Of a stretch of DNA of 60,331 nt, positions 1-13,237 are shown one piece after another (within the stretch, counting starts at the first letter, position 1; each line of letters begins with the position of its first letter). The stretch is from Cercozoa sp. M6MM (taxonomy: Eukaryota > Protista > Endomyxa: Ascetosporea). The notes under the pieces are model-generated. The model searched no databases. It saw only the letters and a program-made list of their open reading frames with translations, and was not told the DNA's origin. The DNA lies in NCBI GenBank assembly GCA_040357565.1, contig JBDODJ010000068.1. One strand, 5' to 3'. The position numbers were made by a program, and so were the translations under genes.

Positions 1-38
<38 letters not shown>

Positions 39-51
39 AAGACACACACAC

Positions 52-1454
52 CTCGTCCAACGAGCGGCACTGGAAGGTCTGCTGCAGACAGCAGCAACCC
101 ATGCCGAAGCCCATGGCGTCCATGTGAATCTCGGGTCCACCAGAAACGCTTTCACTCGGGTTGGCACGTGTGCACTCACTCACGTCCGTGTTCACATCCA
201 CGAACAACTGCCAGGGGAGGGTATAAGGGAGGGGGTAAACAGGGGGGTTAAACTAACCGGCACGCGAATATCGACCTTCTCCGTGCGACGCAGACTAAGA
301 AAGGTAGGGGAGGGGGGTAAAATGGGGGGGGGGGGGGTAAACGGCAGGAGGGGGGTAAAACCGAATGTTGCGCGTCAGACATGCGAAGCGTGGATGCGGA
401 TTGATCACGCTGTCTGGCAGAAACTTCGACGTGCTCACCTGCGTCTCGTCGTTCTCTGCAGTCGCACCAGTCACACATCTCAAGCTTGTTTCGAAATCCA
501 AATCGAAAGTCAAAGCGAAACTCAAAGCTTTGCTCCGAAACAAAAGCTTTCTTCGAAATCCAAAGCTGTGCTCGAAATCCAAAGCTTTGCACTCGAAATT
601 CAAGCTTTGCCCTCGTTACACAAAAGCTTGGCACTGAAAACCCAAAGCTTTGCACTCGATCGAAAGCTTCGATTCAATTTCGAAACTCAAAGCTTTCGCA
701 AAAAGCTTTCGCAAAAAGCGAAAAGCACAGCGTGCGATACCAGCGACATCATGCGGCGGCTCGGTGAAGTGGCCGACGCCCATAAGCGGGAAGTTGCCAA
801 GCGACATGATGCGCTCCTCCGGCTGCAGCAGCGACTCGATCAGAAAACGACGCAGTCGCATGTTGGGCTCCACCAGTCGCAGGTCGTTCTACACAGTCAC
901 ACAGCTGCGTGTCGACACATCTTGTATATTTAATCATCAAGCATACGGTCAGGTGGCCGTACGGCACGCCGGGCGTCGCTTCGATCATGAAGCGACCGTA
1001 CTCGGGCAGGAAAACGCCCTCCACTGCACACATGCACACATGCAAACCTCTATTGCGAAACCACTGCGAACGCGAGTCAGGCGAAGTGAAATCGCGTGAA
1101 ATTGATGCGAAATCGCGTGAAATCGACGAAATCCCGAAAAATAAAGCGAAATCAAGAATCGACGCGAAAGCAGCAAAGCGTACCATTGTCGGGATCGTCG
1201 CCATGCTGGCGCGCGACGTCGTTGGCCTCCTGCATGACGTCGAAGGCGCGCAGCGACAGACGCACACCGCCGTTCTTGTCGCAGTGCAGCATGACGTACT
1301 CGACCTCGTCGCCCCACATGAAGGAGTGCCCGGTGAGGTCCTTGAGGCGCCGCCACACATTGATGAACTGCAGAATGCCGTGTTTGCGAATGTAGTCACG
1401 GTGCGGCGCCGATTCGGGCCACGTCAGCGGCGTTCCCGCCGACAGCAGACCCAT
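52..1454 (-). CDS. GCLC: Glutamate-cysteine ligase catalytic subunit, 5' part (multi-exon; runs off the window start)
   Basis: Spliced translation gives MGLLSAGTPLTW, FMWGDEVEY, PEYGRFMIEATPG, INPHPRFACLTRNIR and IHMDAMGFGMGCCCLQQTFQ, the hallmark motifs of eukaryotic GCL/GSH1. Introns are GT-AG. Confidence 0.95.
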
Positions 1455-2002
1455 CTATCACACGCCCACACTGCCTCTGCGGACACAAGGGAGGTTCGAT
1501 TTTTTTTCGGTATTTTGGGTGTTTTTGCGCGCACAAACAGCGAAAAAGCGAATCGGCAAAGTTAACGCACGCGCCGCGTCAAGCACCAAAATCACGTCTC
1601 AGTGTACCAAAATGCACGCCACCAGCGTACTAAAAGCAAGCGAGAAAAACAGAAAAACCCAGTCTGCCCAACACCTTCGAAAAACAAAAACAAGAAACAC
1701 TCTACACGCTTATTTTCGCTAACTACGTACCCACAGCGAGCCTGTGCGTCTCTAAAGTACCAAAATAGTTCGAAACGCACCGAGCGCTTGTTCAAGCTGA
1801 ACAACGACTCCTCTTGACCAATCAAGGTTGTAGCCACTCAACAAAAACTGATTACGGCTGGACAGTCCTTGCTGATTTTTGGTTCGTCTTTCAGTTCCCA
1901 CAAACTGTTTGGGCTACGATTGAAACGACGGGGGGCTGAAATATACAGTTGTAGTACAAATACTGTTGTTGCTAGGTTTTCTTTAATGTTTGGTGCGCAA
2001 CC

Positions 2003-5000
2003 AGCCGTCCGGCGTCAGCCGTTCGGGAAGAGATCATCAGCCAAAATAATAGTGCAGTGCAGTCGACTGTCCTCAGGAGACGCTTTGAACAGAGAACACG
2101 CCACCTGCGTAGCGCTGCTCTTTGTTTGGCTGCTGTGGCCGACCGTGTGAGTCTCTCAATCATTGGGCGGTTGACCGATGCAGTGAGTCACCCTTGATGT
2201 CATCAGTATATTTGATGCGATCGTTGACTCACTCGCAACATGTGTTGATTCTAGGCGGCACCGAGGCCATCGACGCAGCCGCAGTGCACAGGTACCAATC
2301 GCGGTCTGTCACAGTAATATTCGTATTCTTCCCGTTCCACCCCTCCCGGTGACAGATCTTCAACTGCCTCGACTATGGTTCGATCGATGAGGTTTCGTTG
2401 CAGGGCTCTGCGTTGAGGTAGAACCTGCTTGTACTCCTCTTTCGTTTCTTTTAGTTGCATTTTTGTGTTTTTGCATTTTGTGTGCAGTCCATCCGCACCG
2501 CTTTTGCGAATTGATGAAGCCTCGCCACCGCCGCATGAAGTGGCCTCTTTCTTTTCCGCTCGCATCGCTGCCGTGACAGAAGGGCTGCAGGCGTTGCAAC
2601 TTGAGTGGCAGCAACGCTACTGTAGCGAAAGTCCTCCAGCTGCTGAGTGCGACACTCGCGAAGCTCAGTCGCACATTTTGCGCGCTTGCAACGAGTTTGT
2701 CAGCAGTACCATCAACCTTAATCCTTATTCTCTTGGCTTTAGCCATTTTTTAAAATGTGACAGCAACCAAGAAGCTGCGCGAGAAGCTTCTGCCAGAAGA
2801 CTCCGCTTCAGTTGAGTCGAAGCCAAGCGCAGCGGCAGAAACAAAAGCCGAAACAAAAGCGAAAGAGACTTACGGACCGCGAGACTCGACAAGACACAGT
2901 GCGCTGCCTGCCAGTGTGCTGCCAGTGACTCGAACCTCCTCGCGCAGCACAAGTAGCGCTTTGGCGCCAAGGCCGGTGCGACGATCAGTCAGCGCGCGCG
3001 GACACATCTCGTCAAAAAGCGTCGCCATTCTGCCCGAACTAGCTGAAAAGCCCGAGTTCCGCACGCACACGAACCAGAACAGTCCGTGCACTCCCACGTC
3101 ATCAACCAGCAGTTGCTCGGAAGCACTGTCGAGCGAAACTGCATTTTCCGAGTCCTCGTCGAGTCCCGGCAGCACAAACGCCAAAACCCACAGGAGACTC
3201 GGCTCACACGACGAGAATGAACTGCGCCTGCTGGCCGAGATCTCGCGTTTGCGTGAGGTACGGTTCAGTTTAGGGTGGGATTTTTGCAGTTTGTGTGAAA
3301 GATACAAAAAAAGGAAATGCTGCTGTAGCGTGTGATGGACCGGCCGCGTCTGGTGGGCCGGCAGATCGCACTGCTGCGTCACATGTGTGCAAACAACTCG
3401 GTATTGCTACACTCGGCGTTTGTACCGTCGAGTGGCGTGGATGATTCGCCCGAGGACTTGAGTGAGTCGGCACTGTTCAGCGAGCAGTGGGACGCCGAGG
3501 CCAAGCTGCGGCGCAGCGGCAAGTCCAAGCAGCTGCTGCGAGCGTTGCGGCAGCTCGAAGAGTGCACGCGGCACATGCAGACGGTGCTGCAGCACACGCG
3601 CATTTTGTGCATCGAGCCGTCGGCGGCCACGTCAGGAACGTCGCATTTGATTCAATTCGCCTTCCCTGGCTTTGACGTACGTTTCTACCCCCTCGCCCCT
3701 ATCTTTACCCCCTTCCCCTGTGAGCAGACGTTCGTGTGTCATGTCGGTTCGGCTGCTGTCATTTCTGCTGAAGGTAGAGTAGTTTACCCCCCCCCCCNNN
3801 NNNNNNNNNNNNNNNNNNNNNNNNNNNNNNNNNNNNNNNNNNNNNNNNNNNNNNNNNNNNNNNNNNNNNNNNNNNNNNNNNNNNNNNNNNNNNNNNNTGT
3901 GGCAGTCGCTGGCGGCGAGTGATGAAAGCGCCGGCGCCGCTAAGGAACTGTAGCCTTCCCTCTATTCCTATCTTCCCCTACCCTACCTTCCCTACCCCCC
4001 CAGGATGCTGGCGATCCCGGAGAAGACCAAGAAGCCGCGTGAACACATGCGAAGCTGCGTGTTGAATCTGGTGACGGCGCAGTTCCTCAATGCGCACTTG
4101 TCCGAGGTGCGACACACGCTGCTCAAGGAGCACAACGCGTGGACCTTCTCCTTCTCTGATGTCATCAATACTATCGTAAGCTATACCCCCCTTTACCCAC
4201 CTTGGCCCTACCCCTTGCCCTCGTGCCCTCTTGCCCCTAACCCCTACCCTACCCCTACCCCCTATCCCCCCGCAGGTGCTGGAGGCGCACGAGGCGGGGC
4301 AGGACGCCATCGCGAACGAGAAACTGCTCTGGCAGAACGCGAGCGTCGACGTGCGCGTCAATCCCTCCGTGTCCGAGGCGCTGCGGCCATCAGCGGCTGC
4401 GCGGGTTCGTTTCTTGTTGTTTTTTCTGTCGATTTGTTGTTTTTCTGTCTGTTTTGTTGTTTTCTGTCTTTTTTGTTGTTTTCTGTCGGTTTCTTGTTTG
4501 TTTTCTGTGTTGGTTGTGTTGCTGTTTTTTATATGGGACTGGTGAGGACAGAGTCGGAACGTGCTGGACCCGCTGCGTTTCTTGCGTCTGCTGCGCGGTA
4601 TCACGGTGCGGCGTCTCGAGGCGCTCGGTGCCGCGCACGGTACCTAGCTGTTGTTGTTTTTAACTTTTGCTGTTGTTTTTGTTATTTCTTTACTTTTGTT
4701 GTTTTTAAACTCTTGTTATCTGGTTGTGGCAGAGGCCTTCCTGGCGTACCGGCAGCGGCGACGCAAGAGCTCGGGCGGCAGTTTGGCGGCAGTGGTGGGC
4801 CGCGCGGACTCGAAGCAGCAGCTGCTGGACGCCATCGGGCACGCCGTGCGGCAGGAGCGGCGGCAGCTGTGTGTTGACCCCCCCCCCCACCCCTATGCCT
4901 TACCCTTACCCTCCATCTCTACCCCCTAACTTACCTCCCTCCCGTAGACACATGACGCTGCACTGCCTGGGATCGATGGCACTAGACGATTTGATTCGCT

Positions 5001-5727
5001 ACGCGTCGATGCACATGTGCGCCGTCGTGGAAGAACACCTTCCGCGCGGACAGCAGTCGGTGCCGCCGATCATTACGACCGGCGTTTCTCTGAGGTACGT
5101 GGTTGTTTGCCCCTACTTCCCCCCTCTACCCCTCTACCCCCCCCTCGCGCAGGGTGCTGCACGGTAACGAGGCGCACTTGTTGACGCGTCGTACGCGCGT
5201 TGGCGACAGCGACAAGAAGCGTCTGTTGGGACCTGGGATGGACCGTCGGCTGCATCGGCAGGCGCACTTGCACCGGCAACACCGCCAAGCGCCAAAGTCC
5301 GAAACACCAAAGTCCGCAACACCCTGCCCCGACGCACCAAAGTCCGAAACACCAAAGTCCGAAGGACCTGCGGAGGTGCCACCTCCGCCACCGTCGTTGT
5401 CGCAGTCGAATTCACAGGAGCCTCCCATCGCGCCTCTATCGGCGCCGCGGCCCCTGTCGCGTCTGCGACTGCGTCGACACTTCCGTGGTAGATACATCCT
5501 CTCCCTCTTACCCTTTATCCCCCCCTCCCCCCAGGAGTAAGTGTCGACCTGGCCGGCATGCGTATGCGCGTGTTGTCTAACGAGGTATCTCTCTCCCCCA
5601 TCGATGTATTGAAGTGCACAACGCGTATTTTGCGTAGGACGAGCAGGCCGGTGCATTGTCGAATAGTGCGACAACACCGGCGAGTCCGCAGCTGCGCCTC
5701 TCGATTCGGCAAGCCACGAGTCCATAA
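2003..5727 (+). CDS. Hypothetical multi-exon protein (start uncertain; spans an assembly gap)
   Basis: Successive GT-AG-bounded exons with coding-like composition (e.g. MLAIPEKTKKPREHMRSCVLNLV, EKLLWQNASVDVRVNP). The last exon ends ..IRQATSP-TAA at 5727. No family recognised. Confidence 0.5.
3798..3897. other. Assembly gap (100 N); further gaps at 28729-28828 and 56796-56805
   Basis: N runs. The first and third gaps lie in C/G-run introns; the second directly follows an intron donor. Confidence 0.99.
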
Positions 5728-5736
5728 TTGATTTAT

Positions 5737-7387
5737 TTAACTGTCGGTAAACTTGTCGACGAGTGTCTCGAGTTGTTTCACGACACGCCGCACCACAAAG
5801 TTCTTGAGCACGCCGGCAGGTAGAGCACGCAGCGCCTGCAGTACTTGTGTGGCAAAGAGGCGCGCATCGTCGTGCGGCACGCGTCGGCGCAACTGCGCCG
5901 CTGGCACCTTGAGCAAACTGCCCACGGCGGCCACACGGCGCGACTGCTGCTGCTCTTGCGACACTACGGAGGGGGGTAAAGCTAGGGGAAGGACAGGGGA
6001 GGTAGGGGTAAGGGTGGGGATAAGGGCGGCGATAGGATGGGGGTGATAAACAGCATACAGCACGCAGAGACGAAAGAGGCCGCCGCCGGGAGAGTCGCAT
6101 TCGGCAGCGAAGCGAAACGAGCGCCAAAGAAACGCGTCTTGGCGGCGAACACGACTCGGTCGAACAAGTCGTGGTCGCAGTGGCAGTGTTGCAGAGTGGC
6201 GCGCCATGTCAGCAGCAGCGCAGCAGCGTCGCACGAGTCACTCGGCGTCAGCAAGACGCGTTGTGTCACTTGTGTCACTAGAGAACACTTGATGCTGCTG
6301 TTGCTGTTTTCATCTGGCTTGACACATGCTTTCGACTCGAGCACCACAGTGCGCCAGGCAGACACGGCATGTTCTTCATTGGCCTGCAGGAGCGTGCAGG
6401 CAAAGTGCACCAGCGACGACAGCGACGGCTCTGTCGACGCACATGGCAGTGCTGTCACCACAAGCGACTCCAGCAGCAGCTGCAGCGACTCAAGCGACGC
6501 CTGCGACAACTGCGGCGCCAGTGAGCGACCCACTCGACTCAGTGTCCCAATCAACGCTGCTTCTGACATCGACAGAAACTTCTTGCCGCACTGCTCGACG
6601 AAACTCGCACGCTCTTCCAAACTCAGCATGGCGAGCTTCTCCAACTCGGCAAAGCTATTAGCACTTTCGCTTTCACTGCTTTCGCTTTCACTGCTGTCGC
6701 TACTTTCGCTGCTTTCGGCACTGTTTTCGAAAAAGAAGGCCAGTAAACGCTTGTCTTGCTCTGCAACTGATGCCTTCGCGTCTGCTTGGCTCTGCTCCAC
6801 GGGCAAAACCGCGATTTCGTCGTTTCCGTCGCTCATCGCATCGTCATTGACGCAAGCTTTCGCTTCGGCGCATATCGACTGCAGCTCTTCGAAAAGCTGC
6901 TGGAACAGCAAAGATGAGGCCGAAGCATGCGGCAGAAGTGGCGACTTCGAAAGCGCAGAGCAGAAATCAGCGCACAGCGGCAGAACGACGCGCTTGATTT
7001 CGCACTCGGTGCCAGCAGCGTTTTGAGTCGGCAGATTCAACAACACCCGAAGAAGCAGCAGAATGCCAACGCGTGAGTTGTCGTTTCTGAACAGTCAAAC
7101 AAAAAACAATGCAAAAACCTCAGCTTGCGTTTCTTCTGGACCGAGAGAAACGCTACAGATCAACCAAGAAGAGCGGCGCAGGCAATTTTAAAAGCAACAA
7201 ACGAAGCGACGGTAGATCGCGCTCTGAAACTATCGCCCGCGCTGCACGACGCACGCTCTCTGCCTGTGCAGACAAGTTTACGTAAGAGACTCAACGGGCC
7301 AGAGAAAACACTCACCACGTCGCCAGGAGAAACGGCATCATTCAGTCGGCGCAGCAGCAATCGAGTCCACGGTGCCAGGCATAGCAT
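5737..7387 (-). CDS. Hypothetical helical protein with a Ser/Glu-rich tract
   Basis: A long exon (~6050-7090) plus short flanking GT-AG exons; ends ..LETLVDKFTDS-TAA at 5737. Start uncertain. Confidence 0.55.
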
Positions 7388-7742
7388 CAGCCATCAGGCA
7401 CACGCAGTGTCTGCTCAACAATGCCACTAAGCACGCGCCTTTCCGCCATAATAACTCAAGATTTCTTGCTCTGCAATGCCTAAGATACATAATACTGCAC
7501 TGCACGTAGTTTCATAATGCATATGATCAACAGAAAAGCTAGTAAAATTCTCTAAAATTAACTAGAAAGCGAGACGAGTCAATCGGTTTTCGCTGCGGAG
7601 AATATCGACTGAAGATTCAGTTGTGTTTTGTTGCCGCTTTTGCGTGGCAGCCAGGTTTTGCCACAGCGACTTGTTTTCTTTTTTCCTTCAAACTTTGCCG
7701 TTTAGAGCTTTGTGCCACGAGTTTCAACCTAAAAGCAAACAG

Positions 7743-9855
7743 ATGCGTTTCGAGGAGGTGCCGCAGGATGCCGACATTGCCGTTCTTGCTATGGCATGCC
7801 GCTCTCCCGACAAGCCAGTGCTCGAAGAGTTCGAGTACACGCTGAAGGGCTCTACACTTGGCTGTGATGAAGTCGATATCAAGGTATTGTGCATCAATCT
7901 GCAGTTGTCCAGAGTTACTGCGCCACTGTTCAGCTGTCCTATTGTGGATTGTGCCACACCGATTATCACATGATGCGCGACGACTGGGGTGTAAGTGGGA
8001 GCTTCTGAACTATTTAAAGCCACTGAATGATTTGAATTTCTGCAGGTCTCTTCGTTCGACCCGGCGCCACTCGTTCCGTAAAGCAAAGTCTGATCGTGCT
8101 CCTCTTTGGACAATAAAGCTGTGTCTTCGCTGCAGTGGGCACGAAGGCGTTGGACACGTCGTGCGTGTGGGCACCAATGTCACCTCAGTCAAAGTGGGCG
8201 ACACTGTTGGCGTCGGCTGGATCGCCACTTCCTGTGGCGAGTGCAGCAACTGGTACAATATTTATCTCAAACCTGAAAGATAATTTCGACTGAAGTGTCG
8301 CTTTTTTTCGCAGCATTGCCGGAAACGAAAACCTGTGCTGCAACGGTACTTTTAACGCACAGTCACATTTTAACGCGCAACTGTTTTTTAGGCTACACTG
8401 GCACGCTACTTGGTCGTGAGGGTTGTTTTGCTTCGCACGTATGTTGTGACATTTTTCAACCTGACCGGAACTGACTGGGAGTTTTGTAAATTTATTTTCC
8501 ACACTAAATTTCCAGATCCGAGTGGCACAGCGCTTTGCCTTCAAGATTCCTCAAGCTCTCATCAGCAGTACCATACGCTTGTTGAAAGCCCTGCCAAGCT
8601 GTACTTGGAGGTTGTTCTTTGTTAAAAAGCCAATGGAGAAACAGACGAATCGAAGCTTTCGCGTGTCGGACCGCTCTTCTGCGCTGGGTAAATTTACTTT
8701 CAGTTGCTTTCATTTTAGACTCTTCGATTATTTGCGATTGTTTGAGCACAGTTGCACGGTGTTCCAGCCGTTGAAAAAGTGGATGCTGGCACAGCAAGTG
8801 TCTGGGTATCGCCGTGACTTGAAGGTGCTAAAACTGGATGAAGGTCATGTGCTTTGTTTATTGGATATTAGGTCGGCGTGGTGGGTGTCGGTGGTCTTGG
8901 CCACATGGCTGTGCAGTTCGCTAACAAGGTAGACGAGGCTATGTCTTTGTCTGAAAGGACTTTAGTTTCGCTTGACTTGACTCGTTTCAGATGGGCGCTG
9001 AAGTCACCGCGGTGACTCGTTCGAACCGTCGCGAGAAGGAACTGTTGGATATGGGCGTTCACAAGGTCGTGATTTCCACGGTACACTCGTCTGTTTTCAG
9101 CTTCTCAAGCAGTCATTCAATGTTATAATTTATAAATCTTAAAGGCCACAACCGATGTCGACGAGATTGCCGAAAACAAGGGCACTCTGGACGTTGTGAT
9201 GTAAGCTGTCTTCCACACTATTAAGGTCTCAGTGCATAGTGAGTTCAAATCACAGCTGCTGCTCGCCTGTCGCTCTCGACTGGGAACGCGTGAGTCGTTT
9301 CTCCTTTCAGTGTGTAACTAATTACAGTTGAAGAGAGTCTTGGTGCGCAGTACATCTCGCTCGTGCGAGCTGGCGGTGTGTTTGTGCTGTGTGGCATTCC
9401 TTCGCAAGAAGAAGAGAGCTTTCGCATCTCTTATAACTCGGTAAGTTGTCCCTGTTGAAGTTGAGTTTCTTTTGTATTTTCCGACTGTGCAACAATGGGT
9501 TTAGATCATCTTCCGCCAAGTCACGGTCGCTGGCAGCATTGTTGCCGGCAGTGTGGACACGTACGCTTCAGTTTTGCTGAGTTAAAGCATGCATTTCGAT
9601 GTTGGAAGCAACTGTTTTTCGTAGGAATGACATGCTGAACTTCTGCGCTTCCCAAGCTGGGTGCGATACCCTGTTGCCGAATACGGAAGTGCTGCCGCTG
9701 TCCAAGGCGAATGAAGCCATCGAGCGCATGCTGCGCGGAGAATTCTCTGGCAAGTGTGTTCCCTTCAGTTCCTTTTCAACGTCAAGGTTTCATGCTAACT
9801 GATTGAATGTGGTTGCTCCAGTGCCTTCCGCTTCGTGCTCAAGGTCGACTTGTAA
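7743..9855 (+). CDS. Zn-dependent medium-chain alcohol dehydrogenase (cinnamyl-ADH/Adh6-like), more than 10 short introns
   Basis: Spliced motifs YCGLCHTD, PGHEGVGHVVRVG..VGDTVGVGW, structural-Zn CGECSNC..ENLC, PLFCAG, Rossmann VGVVGVGGLGHMAVQFA, and C-terminal FRFVL. Confidence 0.93.
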
Positions 9856-10057
9856 TGTTGCCATCAAATCCAATCGAGTTGCAAGCGCGGCGACACCTTA
9901 AAAAGCCTTTGTGAGCACTGTCTGTACTGTATCATAGGAGTTGAATGTACAACTTTTTACCCTGGGGGCACTCGTATGCAATTGAGTTGTAGCTATCAGT
10001 AGCGTAGCGTGAGGTTTCGCTCATTTTGCAATAAAAGCACAGTAATTTACACTAAGT

Positions 10058-13045
10058 TTACGTGACGCCAGATTCGAGTGCCATGGCCAGCACGGCAAAG
10101 TCCTCGTCGCAGCAAGCGCCAGCGCGTAGAGCGTTGCGCACGTGCTCTCGTGCGACGCCAAGAACGGCGCTGCGAAAGTGTCCAGTGCGCAGCGAGGAGA
10201 CATGTGCCAGCTGGCGGTGCACTCGGCGCAGGTCGTCGGTAGCGGCCTGGCGGTTGTGTCGCCGCATGGCGTGCGACGAACACAGTTCCTTGTGGATGGA
10301 GGCACTGTCCGAGATGCGTGCCTGCACACATACACATACACACATACACATTTCATACCAAAAATACATACATACATACATACATATATACATACATACA
10401 TACATATATGTACAAACTTACATACAAACGTATATAACACAATACAGCCATTCGTCTCCAGTCGCGCAGCATGCGCGCATCCTCAGCACGAAGAACCTGC
10501 GTCTTCAACCGCGCGATGGTGTCGGCCGTGTCGACACAGGAGCGTGCCAGTGCGTCGCGTCGCTCGGCCACCGAGTCGAGCAACTGACGGAGCAGTCGGC
10601 ACGTGGCCGGCAGAGTGGCGGTGCCGTTGATGGCACCGAGTTGCAATGCCTGCGACAAGTCCTGTGTTAGGTTGGCCAACAGTTCGATGTCGTTGCTTTG
10701 GAACTGTACACAAGTTATCTATATATATATATATATATATACTAAGAGTATTCTACCTTGACACCCTCCTCAGGCACGACATTGATGAGCAGCAGGCAGC
10801 GTGGATTGCGCAGCGAGCGGAAGCCGAGTGTCATGGTCTTGCGCGCATTGCGCTGCTCAAAGTCGATGAGGAAGGCGCGATTGAGCCAGAGCACGATGCG
10901 TCCCATGCGTTCTGACACCGGCAGTGTCACCTGTGTGCTCACTTCATCAATACCAAGAGTCTCTCATATTCGCTGCAACGTACAGCCTCGGTCGGAAGAA
11001 TCTCTGCAGGCAGACTTTTGGGCCGAACGTATAGGTAACTCGCGAAACGCGGAACACGGTGCGACATTTCAAACAGATGGTCGTGCGACGAGCTCGAGAA
11101 ACCGACGAGAATCTTGAACTGCAGGTTGCATGCTTCATCGCGTGCCAACTGCAATGGCACTGTCACTTTACTGCTCGGCTGTTGTGGACGAAACACGAGC
11201 GAGTGGCCGGGTTCGTTTGTGTTCGAACTGGCACTGTTCTGTAGGTTGTCACTGAAGACCACGACCAGTTTTATCAGTGCGGCATTATTGGTGACCATCT
11301 GGAGTTCCAGGCAGCCATGGTACTGTTCGCTGAGACCCCAAGAGTTCTCAGTGTGTCCTTTTTCCTTCACTTCGTCCAATTGGATTTGCGTGATGGCGTC
11401 ACATTCAATCTTGCGCGGCGACAGTGTGCACGCGATTTCGGTGCCAAGCGGAGGTGCTGATGCCGGGTTCGCTGTTTTCGGCGACTGCATTTTTGCCTGC
11501 TCTTCGTTGCGCTGCAGTTCCGACAGCTGTTGCTTCAACAGCCGTTTTCGTTGGCGCAGTGCGCTCACTTCCTTTCGCAACGCAGAACACTCTAGCTGCA
11601 ACAAAAACTCTTTTATTTCAAAGTGAACTTCCTATGCTGAACTGAAACTGAACTCAAACTGAACTCAAACTGAACTCAAACTGAACTCAAACTGAACTCA
11701 AACTGAACTCAAACTGACAGAAAATTGAACTAAAACTGAACCAAAAAGCTAAATTGGAAGACAGACTGAAGCATTGAAGGGCTGTACCGTTTCTTTGCTG
11801 GCATGCGAAGCTTTCACCTGTTTAATGTTTCCAATCAACAAACTCAGATTGAGTAACTACGATGCGTACCAAGCCAAACACGGCGCCGCTTTCGCAACAC
11901 AAAATAAGTTGCAGCGAGTTAGTTTTTTCATTGATTTCAAAGTCGATTTCGCCAGTGCTCGGTCGCTGTGCAGTGCGCAGTTCAACGACGTGTTTGTTGG
12001 TGACAGGAACTGTCAGATCGGAAGCTGCTGCAGTGAGATTGGCGGCAAACACAGCCACAACAGGCGAAGCAAAGTGCTGCTTCCACACGACAACGCCAGA
12101 GCCGGTATTGAGCGCTTCAACTTCGCCGTTAGAGTACGCAACCACAACAGTTTCTTCAAAGGCCGCGATCGACTCTGGAGTCTTCACATTGGTGCCAACT
12201 TTTTGCCAAAGCTTGTGTCTGCCGGAAGTTATGCCCACAACGGACCCGTTGGACAGACCGAGCACGCACACGTCACCGAAGTCGTGGTTCTTCCACGCAC
12301 TGCGACTCGAGAAGGCTGCGCAAACTGACACGATCGGAGCAGCTTCTTTACTCTCCCATAGTAACATGTCTTTCTGCAGCATGTGCAGTGATGTGTCACG
12401 ACACCCTACGACTATTGGGTGTGACTGCAGGTCGAAGTTCCTTCGAGCACTGTGCTCAGCGCTCATCGCAGTCACTTGCGCAACAGCTTCGCCCACAATG
12501 TTCCACGAGAGCTCGCTTCCGTGCTGATCGAGCACTTGCACGGTGGAATGACCTGCCACACACACAAAAGCAACGCTGTCGGATGTGTTGCGCGGTCGCA
12601 ACGGCCTCAAAGCCAGCAGATCTTGCACTCCGTCCGTGCACTGCACAGCGAAATCATCGGCGTTCTGGAGCACATTGTGCGCACGCAACAAACTTTCGCT
12701 TCCGATAAGTAAGGAGTCGTAGCTCGTCAGTACTCCGACTTCTGCCCGTCGAAAGCCTGCTGCTGCGAGAGTGTGCACCTGCTGGCCCACTGGAATGTGC
12801 TGAAATCGTTGCTTCTTGTCCGCTGAAAGCGCATCAAACAGCACGACACTGCCTTCTTCCGACGCAAAGCACAGAGTCTCGCAGTGTGCGTGCAAGAAGC
12901 GTCCCACCGCAACGCGCTTCTGCTTTCAGTTCATTCCCTTAGTTCACTCTCCAATCAATCTTAAAGCCACAAAACGCGAAAAAGCGCATCCTCGCACCTT
13001 GCTCAGTCGATGCCGCACATCGAACTCAAACTCCTGCACGAACAT
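10058..13045 (-). CDS. BBS2: Bardet-Biedl syndrome 2 (BBSome subunit)
   Basis: N-terminus MFVQEFEFDVRHRL..VGRF..LCFASEEGSV; propeller segment LLIGSESLLRAHNVLQNADDFAVQCTDG; GAE-region HLFEMSHRVPRFASY; LRAEDARML; C-terminal SSLRTG..AREHVRN. All resemble BBS2. Confidence 0.85.
11645..11717 (+). repeat. Intronic minisatellite (AAACTGAACTC)x~6.5 in BBS2
   Basis: Perfect 11-bp tandem array, read directly. Confidence 0.95.
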
Positions 13046-13237
13046 GACGATAAGTGAGGTCACTAACCGCAAGGTACACCCCAAGTGCCAAAAATATCCC
13101 ATATTCTGCTTTCCGCGCGGAACAAACTAATCCAGCAAACAGTCAGCCTTGAAACGAAACAGTTAAACGAAATTGGGCGATTACATTTCCCACAGTTGGT
13201 ACAGTATACGTAAATTACAACTCTACTCAAGCAGGAA

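Noticed and set aside
1-36. Terminal poly-C run as a telomere
   Set aside because: It lies inside a GCL intron at the window edge and is more likely a homopolymer or sequencing artefact.
124-933. Long ORFs such as 124-933, 6037-7026, 19887-20852, 22227-23333, 31664-32545 and 56470-57183
   Set aside because: They are antisense shadows of real exons or stop-poor low-complexity intron repeats.
7743-9855. Non-canonical splice sites
   Set aside because: Every junction I reconstructed in ADH, TRX, GCL and the other checked genes can be solved with GT-AG; the apparent GC donor near 9750 has an in-frame GT alternative.
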